Origin: the human T2T-CHM13v2.0 reference genome, Homo sapiens
Assembly: GCF_009914755.1 (NCBI RefSeq)
Contig: NC_060945.1
Direction: 5' to 3' (one strand)
Length of the DNA stretch: 64,000 bases
Numbering within the stretch: the first letter of the stretch is position 1; each line of letters begins with the position of its first letter. Made by a program: the position numbers and the translations under genes. A model generated the notes under the pieces. That model was not told the DNA's origin, did not search any database, and saw nothing but the letters and a program-made list of their open reading frames with translations. This document shows, piece by piece, positions 28,667 through 43,224 of this stretch.

Positions 28667-29129
28667 GGCCTTCTTGTTTTGGGTACAACAGGACAGCTCA
28701 AGCTCAGCTGCCTCCTGCAGTGTCCCCCTGAGCCACAGGAAACTCAAGCTTCCTTGTAACACTGAATAGCAAAAGGGCTTGCTTCCCATTGCTGGCCCCT
28801 CTCTGTCATGTAAGTTTTTATCTCCCCTGCCCATAAGCAGATATCCCACTGTAGATCAAGACAAATCCTCTTATTCCTGACACCTGCAATGGCTATGAGT
28901 GCTTCCCTTCCTTTCTTCTCTTCCTTCCTGGAAAACATCAAGGCTGTCTGTACTGATGACCCACAAAAAGCAACCCCTTTTCTCCCCCTCTTCCCAATCT
29001 TCTGCTTGTATGGGGTAGGGGAATGAGAGGGGCCTGGGGATAGTTGGGAGCAGCAGAGCTGGTTATGTCCAACCTAATAAAAAGTCTTCGGGGAGTATAT
29101 GGCCTCCAGCTGTTGGCAGCTCTCTTCAG

Positions 29130-29338
29130 AATGAGAGATTCTTGATATGTCTTTGCCTTTGACTCTGGGTCTTGGTCACCAATTCTGCAACAATGAAAAT
29201 AGTCCCATCAACACCACTGTATGCAGGACAAAAGATCCATATTATCTACCTGTCCACTTTGAAGACTTAAGTTGAAAGTCTCTGGAACTGAAGTTTTGAA
29301 ATGGCCACGAACATGCCTGAGCACACTGCCAGGAAATG
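29130..29338 (+). pseudogene. Candidate exon 13 (..EILDMSLPLTLGLGHQFCNNENSPINTTVCRTKDPYYLPVHFEDLS*..AHCQEM)
   Basis: Acceptor CTCTCTTCAG, donor ATG|GTGCGT; 209 nt; phase 1 to 0; 4 TGA stops. Confidence 0.5.
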
Positions 29339-29872
29339 GTGCGTCAAGAGAAGCCTGTTCGATTGTACAAAGGCCTGTGGCCTTGAAGGGTGACCTGGCC
29401 CACAGTACAGCAGCATCACTGTCCCCTAGTAGATATTTTCGAGTTAAGAGCAGAAATTAAAAATGCACAAAGTTAGGAGAGGAACACTTGTTTTCCAGAA
29501 CCAGGAAAGGCATTTTGGTATATAATGCATTTCCATTAAGTAGAAGTAACTTGAAAAAAATTCATATTACATTTACTATAAGAGTTTAGTTGCAGAAACC
29601 CCAGAATTTATTGGATTTCTAACTTTTTTTTTTTTTAAAGTATTTTAAAACTGTGTCTATATTATTTGGCTATTTTAGTAAATAACTCACCATACTTGTG
29701 TGTAAGTGCAAATTCTTGAAGTTTTTTCTTTTTTCAAATGGAATCTGTTAATTTATTATCATAGAAATAGGATTACCTGTTGTAAAAAATTCAGCTGGTA
29801 AAAACATGTACATTAAATGCACCTTCAGGCTATTTTTTTTTTTTTTAACCTGAAGTAGAAGTTACTGTGGAA

Positions 29873-30190
<318 letters not shown>

Positions 30191-30574
30191 CTAAGCACCA
30201 TCCAGAAATACCCCCTAAACCTCTATCGCCATGACGTTTTGAACGGGCCATGGGGGTAATGCTCATATTATCAGTGGGGATGGCAGGCCTCTTGTTGAAG
30301 TAGTCAGAATCAATGCCCTCCTTTATCCTCTCCATCCTGTTCTCTGCACAGCCTTCCTTTCCTGATGCCCCCCAAGCATCCCTGATGCTCTGATCACTGC
30401 GTTGATGTATCTCTTTCATGGCTAAAGGCCCCAGTGATTCTCCCTGTAGTCCACTTAGGTGACTAACATGGAGGTGTGACTCTGAGATTCATAGCTCCCT
30501 TGTGGCTCTAACTTATCAGGAAAAGAGTAGCCTTTTCTCATCAGGGCTACTTTTGCTTTGATTCCATCTTTCAG

Positions 30575-30632
30575 GTTCTCATGACTTCCCAATTCACATA
30601 AAGCTTGACACAAATTACCCAGTGCCTAGACA
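30575..30632 (+). pseudogene. Candidate exon 14 (VLMTSQFT*SLTQITQCLD)
   Basis: Acceptor TTTGATTCCATCTTTCAG, donor ACA|GTAAGA; phase 0 to 1. Confidence 0.6.
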
Positions 30633-31079
30633 GTAAGAAAACATCAGCCTACCTGGAAAACTACATCCCAAATCATGTATTCTTGACAACCACCAGTTTT
30701 GGGGGATTGCCCTGACCCTCTTGCTTTAGAGTGAGGTGCCATTCAAAATGCATATTTAATAACCAGTTGTCTTGGGTGCCTGATCAAATCAGTAACTGAC
30801 CAATCAGTATGGCCAAACCATTGCGTACTGGCTGAATATCAGATTGGGCGGGAGGCCAAACAGACAGGACTCTGGGCCATGTTTCCAGTAGATTAGTTTT
30901 GTTTGGTATTCGGAGTGATTTTGAAATATGGTATGTGTTTGAGAGCCTTTAGGCTAAGCAGGCATTCTTCAATTCCCAGTCTCCCCTCTTGTTCCCTGTC
31001 CTAGAGTTGGCTGGCTTTACTCATTTATGTTACCCTGGGTTGCTGAAAAGCATCTGCTTGTGCTAGGCTGCTCTAAACC

Positions 31080-31517
31080 TTTCCTTGTGGCCTGGTCTCT
31101 ATCCGGCAGCTGATAGGTCCAATTTGTTTCTTACTACGTCCTCTCAGCTTGTCTCCATGTGCATAGGCCTTCATACAAGAGGAATTATATGAAGCCCCCA
31201 TTCGTGGGGCCTAAATTTCCATAGAGGTAGGCTTCTTATTCTGGATCTGAATTATACCAATATTTCTGTGGCACATTAAATGATAATTTATTTGGAAATG
31301 AGAGACTGCATATACAAAGACAATGGCCAGACTGTATATGAAAATAGAACAGCTTACACCTACCTGCCCAGAAAACCAACTCCTTGTTTCTAACAAACAG
31401 CCCAGGAAACCAGCCTGCTTTAAGTCAGACTTGGAGGGGGTCAGATGCTATCTAGGGCAACGGTCTAGGAACTTAACAATCACTTCTGGAACAATTGGTC
31501 TAAAACGGCCAGGACTT
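31080..31517 (+). repeat. Source copy of a ~440-bp local duplication
   Basis: Colinear with 34612-35051 over ~220 nt of unique flank plus the LTR 5' half. Confidence 0.9.
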
Positions 31518-31824
31518 GAAGAATGACTGACAGCTTCCCTAATTCTTGTCCCCACTTCCAACTTAGGACCAACCAGAGAAATGCAAATATGCAACAGGAT
31601 GCCAGTTTCTAGCTAGGCGGCCCACAGCTTCCCCATGCCAGCTGCCTGCAATCAAGGCACATGAGAAGGCTTCCCCCTTTTCCACTGTAGGGCTTTTCCA
31701 CTCTGCCTGCCTTTGAGTTCTTGGCCAAAATGCAACTGATGGTGGCCGACTCCCTTGTTATAGCAAGCCCTGAATAAGTAGACTTTTCTTTTCTCCTTTG
31801 GTTTATATTCATTTAGTTTCCACA
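31299..31824 (+). mobile_element. ERV1 solo LTR (MER39-like, subfamily uncertain)
   Basis: TG...CA termini with perfect 4-bp TSD GAAA (31295-31298, 31825-31828). Confidence 0.75.
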
Positions 31825-32003
31825 GAAATAAATTCAATTACATTTAGATAATCAAAATAATAGTAAAGGCCGTTAGCAAAATGGCAAAATGGAGAGGAAA
31901 AATAAGAATCTTGTATTCCGTAAAAGTTTAAGAGGAGTTTGTTTTTCAGGATGCTTTGAATCTCCTCCATAGATCACTTCTCCAATTTTTCCTGTCACCA
32001 CAG

Positions 32004-32083
32004 AAATTTACAATATTAATAAAACAACTCGTTAAAATTTTGAACTTTGCTACTTTCAAACTGAAAACTTTTTGAAGCTTAAG
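32004..32083 (+). pseudogene. Candidate exon 15 (KIYNINKTTR*NFELCYFQTENFLKLK)
   Basis: Acceptor TTTTTCCTGTCACCACAG; phase 1 to 0 using AAG|GCAGTT (degenerate or GC donor). Confidence 0.5.
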
Positions 32084-32406
32084 GCAGTTATTTCTGCAAA
32101 AGATGGCTTCAGGTTTATTAATTTAAAAGAATGCAGGCAGTTTTTGAAATATTATCATCTAAGTGACTTTTTTCTACATTTATAAATACTCTACTGTCCC
32201 ATCATAATTAAAAGAATATGAAAAGAGTTTGAAATATACTTATAGCTTAAAACATGGAAATAATTCTTTTTAACATGAATAATTATCCCACCAGTTTTAT
32301 AATCTAATAAAAATCAAAGTAAAAGAAAAATGCTAGGCATTTTAATTATGAGAAATCATATGTATTCTGGGAACTTAGAAACGTTACCCACATATTTGTA
32401 CTCCAG

Positions 32407-32459
32407 AATCCTCATTCTAGAAATTCTTTCCTCAAAGATGTTGCAAAGAAGTGGAGCGC
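32407..32459 (+). pseudogene. Candidate exon 16 (NPHSRNSFLKDVAKKWSA)
   Basis: Acceptor TTTGTACTCCAG, donor CGC|GTATGT; open; phase 0 to 2. Confidence 0.6.
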
Positions 32460-32632
32460 GTATGTGTTTTTGTCAACATGACCTAAAACTTATAAAGCTC
32501 TATATGAAGCATACCTGTTTTCAATCCAAATTTAACGGTAATTTACTTCACATTTGAACTGGGATGCAGACTAGAAATCCATAGTCTTTGCATATGCTTT
32601 TCTTATTTATTCCTCTAAAATTATAGGAATAA

Positions 32633-32971
<339 letters not shown>

Positions 32972-33250
32972 TAACTCTAGGCAGAGAGAGGTAGAGGAGA
33001 GAATACTGTAGAAACTGTTTTGTGTTTTCTAACTTTTCAGGAATCACTTTAGAGTTGACTATAATATCCTTCATACATATGCATATTACTCATATTGTGA
33101 TTTTTAAATTGTAAATCCTTCAGAGAATTCCCCAAATACTCCCTTTCTGGGTGTCTCCATTGGTTGATGTATTTTGAAGAAATGGATATCAAAGGTGTTC
33201 AAGGAATACTTTTTGGCAAATTGATTAAATGCAAACTGATTTTATATTAG

Positions 33251-33281
33251 ACTCAATTTGGAAGATGAGTGTGCTGAAACA
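33251..33281 (+). pseudogene. Candidate exon 17 (LNLEDECAET, 31 nt)
   Basis: Acceptor CTGATTTTATATTAG, donor ACA|GTAAGT; open; phase 2 to 0. Confidence 0.6.
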
Positions 33282-33655
33282 GTAAGTCACTTAACGCTTA
33301 TTTTGTATTATTTGATTTACTCCTCCCTACTCTTTTCTAGAGTTAATTCACATTGACTGTATATCTTTTGATTTATTAATTATTCCCCTGCCTCTTGTGT
33401 AAAATAAGAATACCTTATATTCACCTGATCTTAGGTTTTTATGGATTGAAAGGAGTTGGAGGGCTGGTTATAACTTGGAGTGCTAGGCCGTGCCCCTAGA
33501 GTTTCTGATTCTGTGGGCCTGGGATGGGGCCCAAGAATTTATTGCGTGTATAATAAGTCCTCAGGGGATGCTGATGCTGCCAGTCTCAGGACCACACTTT
33601 CAGATCCGCTGCTATTGTGCCATCTATAAGTTAATATGAATTCCACAGCACACTT

Positions 33656-33699
33656 GTATGTGTGTGCCTGTGTGTGTGTGTATGTGTGTGTGTGTGTGT
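33656..33699. repeat. Interrupted (TG)n microsatellite
   Basis: Direct reading. Confidence 0.9.
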
Positions 33700-34114
33700 A
33701 GGCAGTGTTGGTGGTGGTAGGAATAGGGGTATGGTTTGACCAGGTAGGACCTGGACATAGAAAAGGTTGCAGGTATAGATCATTGTGAGAAGGCCACGGA
33801 GGTCCTGAAGGATCCCAGGTCCCAAAGGCATAAGGATGAAGGGAAGAGAGAAAGAAAAACCGACATGTTCCTGACAGCTGGATGCTTCTCCCATTTAGAT
33901 TTCTCTGAACTGAAATTCTAGATGGTTTAATTACTCCATAAGGTTTGCTAAATTGCCACGTCTCAGCCTCACATACAATGCTGGTATCTACATTCTATGC
34001 TCTCAGACTATGTATTAAAACTGTGCACTGGTGGAGTAAGCTAGTTAAATATTTGTACATTTGACTGCACACAGCTACTGCTTATGTTTTCTTGTTCTTC
34101 TGCTCTATCTTAAG

Positions 34115-34154
34115 GAATCTGTATGAGTCAGCCAGTTAAAATGCTGGCTGGGAG
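34115..34154 (+). pseudogene. Candidate exon 18 (ESV*VSQLKCWLG)
   Basis: Acceptor TTCTTGTTCTTCTGCTCTATCTTAAG, donor GAG|GTAATT; phase 0 to 1. Confidence 0.55.
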
Positions 34155-34265
34155 GTAATTAGCTGGGAATTTTAACCCCATCATAGTCATTCACCTGCTT
34201 GAAGAATGAAGTGGATGGGTACTTTAGTGAGTCTAGCAACTGTTTCTTTCTCTGCCAAATGCAAG

Positions 34266-34325
34266 AAGTTCTTCGTGAGTTGCTGGATGGCTCAAATTAT
34301 ATTCTGGAGCTTATCCTGGAAACAG
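34266..34325 (+). pseudogene. Candidate exon 19 (EVLRELLDGSNYILELILET)
   Basis: Acceptor TTTCTTTCTCTGCCAAATGCAAG; open in the required phase 1; donor CAG|GCAAAT (GC or decayed GT). Confidence 0.55.
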
Positions 34326-34611
34326 GCAAATGTCAGTCCAATGGAACATCAGCGCACATTGATATATAAAATTGCAGGTGATGAAAGGCTCTGAAAGAAC
34401 TCTATGAGTCTCTGGTCTTAACGCTCTCTTAGATTTTGATGGTACATTGTCTTTTTCATTTCAACTCTGTTTTAAATTTTTTATTATGTAAATTTTTAGA
34501 CATACCCAGAATTAGAGAGAATAGCATAATAAAACTTGATGGTACCATTAATTCAGTCTCAATAATTGTCAATATTTTGTCAATTGTGTTTTAGTCAGTC
34601 CCCACTCTTGG

Positions 34612-35051
34612 TTTCCTTGTGGCCTGATCTCTATCTGGCAGCTATTAACTCCAATTTGTTTCTTACCACCATTTCTCAGCTCGTCTCCACGTATGTAGAC
34701 CTTCATCCAAGTGGAATTGTGTGAAGCCTCCCCTGGCTGTGGGAACTACATTTCCATAGAAGTAGCCTCCCTATTCTGGATCTGAATTATACCAAGAGTT
34801 CAGTGGCACATTAAATGATAATTGATTTGGAAATGAGAGGCACATATACAAAGACAATAACCAGAGCATATATAAAAATAGAACAGCTTACACCTGCCCG
34901 CCCAGAAAACCAACCCCTTGTTTCCAACAAACAGCCCAGGAAACCAGCCTGCTTTAAGTCAGAGTTGGAGGGGGTCACATGCTATCACTGGCAACAGTCT
35001 AGGAAGTTAACAGTCACTTCTGGAACAATTGGTCTAAAATGACCAGGACTT
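34612..35051 (+). repeat. Derived copy of the ~440-bp duplication (flank plus truncated LTR from 34834)
   Basis: Matches 31080-31517 at roughly 85% by eye. Confidence 0.9.
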
Positions 35052-35141
35052 CACTAATTTTATTGGTAAATACTTTAATATGAATCTCTAGCAGATAAGG
35101 GCTTTAAGACAATATAACCACAATAGTATCACCATACTTAA

Positions 35142-35515
<374 letters not shown>

Positions 35516-36599
35516 TCAAAAAAATTTTGAATAGTACATTTGTTCATATCAGGAGCTGTATGAGTTCCTTTGTTGATTTTGGTTGATATATCTCTTAATC
35601 CTCTATTATTATTTAACACTTTCTCTTCCCCCTTTTTTTCAAGCCATTTATTTGTTGAAAATATGTCATTTTTCCAGTTGAATTTCCCACATCCTGGTCT
35701 TATGTGATTGTATCCTGTGGTATTGTTTATATACCCCATATTTCTTGTTAACTGGCAGTTAAGTCAAGAAACACAATTAAATTTAGGTTTATTTTTTTCA
35801 GGGGGCAAAAATATTTTATGGGCAGTGTTTAAATCAACAGGCACCCAATGTCTACTTGTCCCACTTTTCATGATGCTGAAGTTGATGGGTTTAGATGTCA
35901 TCATTCACCCATTATCAATTTTCCCATCAACTACCATTTATGATTCTTGCCAAAATCCATTGTCTCGGCAGGGGTTGCAAAATGACATTTTTCGAATTAT
36001 TTTTCTAATAATCATTCTTTTTTAATTAGAATTCTTCTGTGGAGAAGAACTTTCCCTCACATCTATTTGGTTAACCTGAAGCACAGTTCATAAATGAGAG
36101 GCAAGGTAAATGCTGTATTCTGTACCTTTATTTATCCAATTTCAGAGCAATGAGTCCAGCAACAGCCAAAAATGATTAGTGTGGTTTTCATTTTTCAAAA
36201 TATCATTATGAACTTACACATTTAATATATATATTTCTGTTATATATTAATATACTAAAAGATTTGATACGTTGTATATATCTAAAATATTTAACATATT
36301 TGAATCAATGAGTTTCAGTTGACAATCCATTGTAATGAATGCTAAATTTGTCTCCCCGTTGTTTAATAGGATTGCTCTTAAACTCAGTGTAAAACTGCTT
36401 GCCTACTATCCTGTTTATTTTTGAAATACAACTGTACTTAGTATTAAAATATTCCTATTATAGAAAATTTAGAGAATAAAGCCCCACATAAAGAGGAAAA
36501 TGAAAATTACCTGTATTCTTCCCACTCAAAAAGATTCCCCTTTATAAATGTCAAATTTCCCTCTATTGTCTTGCTCTTTTATATATCATTAAATACTCT

Positions 36600-38800
<2,201 letters not shown>

Positions 38801-38802
38801 GA

Positions 38803-39119
38803 TAATCATGTGTTGCATAATAAGAGGGATACGTTCTAAGAAATGCGTCTTTGTCATTGTGCAAACATCACAAGTGTATTTACACAAACCCAGATGGTAT
38901 AGCCTACTACACACCTAGCCTATGTGGTATAGCCTATTGCTCCTGGGCTACAAACCTGTACAGCATGTTACTGCCCTGAATACTGTAAGCAACTGTAATA
39001 CAATGGTATTTATGTATCTAAACGTAGGAAAGGTATAGTGAAAACATGATATTATAATCTCAGGGGACCACCGTTGTATAAGTGGCCTGTCTGGAATGTC
39101 ATTATGTGATGTGTGGCTG
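38803..39119. mobile_element. Tigger3a (MER7) DNA transposon
   Basis: GGGATACGTTCT.AGAAATGCGTC.., CAAACC.AGATGGTATAGCCTACTACACACCTAG. Confidence 0.85.
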
Positions 39120-39157
39120 TATTTGTTTTTTTTTTTTTCTGTTTTCCATCCTGAATG

Positions 39158-39698
39158 TGTTACAGGAAAGGGGTCCAGATCCAGACCCCAAGAGAGGGTT
39201 CTTGGATCTCACACAAGAAAGAATTCAGGGTGAGTCCGCAGTGCAGAGTGAAAGCAAGTTTAAGAAAGTAAAGGAATAAACGAATGGCTACTCCATAGAC
39301 AGAGCAGCCCCAAGGGCTGATGGTTGCTCATTTTTATGGTTATTTCTTGATGATATGCTAAACAAGGGGTGGATTATTCATGCCTCCCCTTTTTAGACTG
39401 TATAGAGTAACTTCCTGATATTGCCATGGCATTTGTAAACTGTCATGGTGCTGGCAGGAGTGTAGCAGTGAGGACCACTCTCGTCGCCATTTTGGTATTG
39501 GTGGGTTTTGGCCGTTTCCTTTACTACAACCTGTTTTATCAGCACAGTCTTTATGACCTGTACTTTGTGCTGACCTCCTATCTCATCCTGTGACTTAGAA
39601 TGCCTTAGCCATCTGGGAATGCAGCCCAGTAGGTTTCAGCCTCATTTTGCCCAGCCCCTATTTAAGATGGAGTTGCTCTGGTTCACATGCCTCTGACA
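39158..39698 (-). mobile_element. MER41A solo LTR (ERV1)
   Basis: Minus strand starts TGTCAGAGGCATGTGAACCAGAGCAACTCCATCTT and ends ..CCCCTTTCCTGTAACA; TSD AATG/AATA. Confidence 0.85.
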
Positions 39699-41260
39699 AA
39701 TACAATCTTCGTGAGAGTCAAGAATACATTGCTCACTTTCAAATCTTAGTGTTTAGCTTAGTGTCTGGCACATGGTACACTGTAATCATGTGTTGTATTA
39801 ATAGAATAATTCTACATTATTGTTTTTAGTGGCAAACGTTTTCTGAATTCTTACTGTTTACAGACCCAAGCCTGGTTCTTGAGAACACACTGTTGAATAA
39901 GACAACATGGCCCTGTTTTCAAGGTGCTCCCATCTACCAGAGGGTACAATTGTGTACCTAGGCAGATACAAAATAAGCATGCTTTTGTACAAGTAGATTC
40001 AAAATCATATAATGCAATTAATCTCATAGGAGAAGTATAGGGCACTTTTGGATACAATAAAAAGGACACCTTTGGGGGCACATTTATTTTAATAAAACTC
40101 TCATTTGACACAGGCTCTTTCCAATTTTTCACTATTTTATACATCTTTATAGATGTATATTATGTATAATCTATACATAGTCCCTAGAATGGAATCTTAG
40201 GACTTACTGGGTCAATGGTCATTAAATAATTTTGAAACTTGGGATTTCACCTCCAAGTTTTGCTTTTCTAATATTAAGTGGCATATTTCCTATTTCAAAG
40301 TGTTTTTGCCATCATTGGCAAATTTGAAAATTTGACAATTTGTATGAGAACAATAGTGTCTCATTATTTTAATTTTAACTACAATGATTATTAGTGAAGT
40401 AAAACTTTTCTTGAACCTGTGTTTGCCATTTTGTATTTGTCTCTCAGATTGCTTCATGTTCTTAACTTATCGTTATATTAAGGCGTTCATCTTTTCCTTG
40501 ATTTATAACATTTCTTTATATGTTATAGAAACAATGACATTACGATATATGACTTTATTATATCATTATATATGATAGTGCTAACTTCATTATCATATAT
40601 GGTCTAAGTATATTTTCCCAGATCTTCATTTACTTTTAATTTTTGTTATCTTTATGTTTTTGATGTTGAAGGATTACATATTTAATCTTTTAAATATCAA
40701 AGTTTTAATTTAGAACTTCTTAGAAAGACTTTTTCTGCCTAAGATTATGAAAATAATCATCCATCATTTACTTCTAGCACTTACCTGTTTTCATTTTTTC
40801 ATGGTTGAAAATTAATTGGTTTTTCCAAAGAACATTGCTCTTTACACACTTTTTCTCCCTAATTTGATCTGCTAAAATTATTTGAATAAAGATGGGAATC
40901 CTCAATTTTTAGCTGCGCAAAGACCAGAGGCCCTCCTGAATGGTCGTTATTAATTTTCCATGCTCTTTTGTGGAATGTTTGGCATATGACTGAGTTACAA
41001 ATAATGGATGAAGGCTGAAGTCATAGGTATAACTTCCAGAAAGTATACTTGGAGGGTAGGTATTATGCATCTTTCTCCTTTTTCCTTTCTGCAGGGTAAA
41101 TTCCAGACATCATATTTTTAGCTGGAGAATCCATATTGGCAAAGGACCACACACACTAGTATAGCAATGCAGGAAGCTCAGCATATCTGGGGTCCCCAGT
41201 GACTGTGGAACTTCTATGTCCGCCCAGACTGCCTGCTTCTGACTTTCCCCCACTTTTTTA

Positions 41261-41364
41261 TGTCAGATATTTAATGTGCTAATGATGTAACAAGGTTTGA
41301 GGGAGGCACGTCTCACTCATGAGCATGCAAACCCAATCATCACACTTACGAACCACAAAATGGT
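41261..41364 (-). pseudogene. U13 (SNORD13) snoRNA retrocopy
   Basis: Minus strand TTTTGTGGTTCGTAAGTGTGATGATTGGGT..GTGAGACGTGCC..AACCTTGTTAC..GCACATTA..TCTGAC matches U13 with box C TGATGA and box D CTGA; short A tail; inserted in an MLT1 relic. Confidence 0.9.
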
Positions 41365-41939
41365 CTAATTCTGGATTTTTTAAAATAAGAAATCAAAACC
41401 ACATGTTTTAAAGCCACTATTAATTTAGTTTATCTTAGCTATTTCAATATCATGTTATTTAATAGTTTGTATTTTTACTCTACTTCGCAGTTTTTATTGT
41501 CTTATATTTTCTGATTTTGAGCCATATTTTGTTTGTTTCAGTTTCTCATGATGTGGAAGTTACATATCCTCCTCAGAGTCTTCTAGTAATTGACTTTAAA
41601 TTTTAAAGATACATTCTTTAACACATTTTTCTTTAGTTATCAAGGAATTTGATCATTTGTCCTCATTTGAAATAGCATGATAAATTTATTGCACTTTTAT
41701 ATTTGTCTTCTACCATGCTAGACTTTGCTAATACAACCCATGTAATTACTCTTACATTATTTATAAGAATTTCATGTATTTTTTCTTTTTAAGTTTACTT
41801 TGTATCATTTGTATTTGTGTTTGTATTAATGCTTATTTAGATTAAATTCACCACAGTAATAATTTCAGTTCTTGATACTATTTATTTTCTAATACAATGC
41901 TCTCAGGCTTGTGATCTTAATTTTTCTTTCCATCTCTCT

Positions 41940-42232
41940 TTTTTTTTTAATTTGAGACAGGGTTTTACTCTGTTACTCAGGCTGGAGTGCAGTGGCGCAG
42001 TCTGGGCTCACTGCAACCTCCACCTCCCGGTTCAAGCAATTCTCAGGCTTCAGCCTTTGGAATAGCTGGGATTACAGGCGTGCACCACCACGCCAAGCTA
42101 ATTTTTGTATTTTTAGTAGAGGGGATTTCACCATGTTGGCCAGACTGGTCTCAAATTCCTGCCCTTAAATGATCTGCCTGCCTCGGTCTCCCAAAGTGTT
42201 GGGATTACAGGCATGACCTACGGCACCTGGCC
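41940..42232 (-). mobile_element. Alu (J/S)
   Basis: Antisense Alu. Confidence 0.9.
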
Positions 42233-43224
42233 TCTTTCTTTCTTTTCTTAAAGACATTTTTAGGATTTTTTTTTTCCCAAGAAAGGTATTATTATAAGCC
42301 CGTATATAAGATCTTAGGTGTTTAAAAATATTTTTCCTGTTGTCTGAATTGAAAATTCTTACGTTCCACATTGTTTTCCTTAAAACTCTGTAAACATTTC
42401 CTGTGTGTGTATGTTTGAAACTTAATGCTATATGGAAGTATAAGATCATCTTGACTTCGTTTTTTCTTAGTGACCAGGTTTTTTCCAAGTGAATGTTTAC
42501 AAGATGTCTTTCTGTTTTGTAGTTATAAAATAGTTTCAGAATGCTTTATGTGTAATTTATATATTCATCTATTTATTTTGTGGATCATGGGGAGTGAGTC
42601 TTTTTGCTTGCACAGTTAAGGCTTTTTCAGCTCAAATACATTTTCTTTGTTGATGATTTTGGTTATTGCTTTGCTTGTAATTATCTTGGTATTCTCCTAA
42701 GAAAGACACTAAATTATTTAGTTGGCTTTCCAAACTCTCCTTCAAGATCATCATCTTGCTCGTCACTTGTATCTTTGTTTTTCCCTTTTCTTTTAAAAGG
42801 TTCTGAAATTTGCCCTTCACCAGATGCCTTTGATTTGTCATGGTGACATCTGCTTTTCATGTGCTCTTTTTCCCTGCTATTATTCTTTCAGTCTCTCTCC
42901 TCTGCCCTTCCTGCGCACATCATCTGCCTCCTTTTAGTAAGTAGTGTGTTATTATTATGATTTTAAAATCTCAGCTTGAGATTTAATTTAATTTCATCTT
43001 TTCATCTCTTCTTGAGTTCATGTCAACCTATTCACTTTTTGTGACTCCTTGAAGAAGCCAGGCTGTCTTGTGGCCCGTTGAAAGCACCTAGTTTCCTACA
43101 GCTTAATTCTGGTTCTTTCAGTAGATAATTTTCAGAGATTGGTTCTGTCTCTGAGTCTATAGTTGTTGTTCCCTTTTTCCTTAGTCTCATATTGTTTGCA
43201 AGGCCCCATGCTCTCTTTTAAATA

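Noticed and set aside
28259-28849. Longest ORF in the track (196 aa, minus strand)
   Set aside because: No recognisable domain, and no convincing splice context or partner exons on the minus strand; likely a chance ORF
39158-39698. MER41 as an interferon-gamma (STAT1) enhancer
   Set aside because: Appears to be MER41A type, which lacks the tandem GAS motifs of MER41B; I saw no TTCCNGGAA
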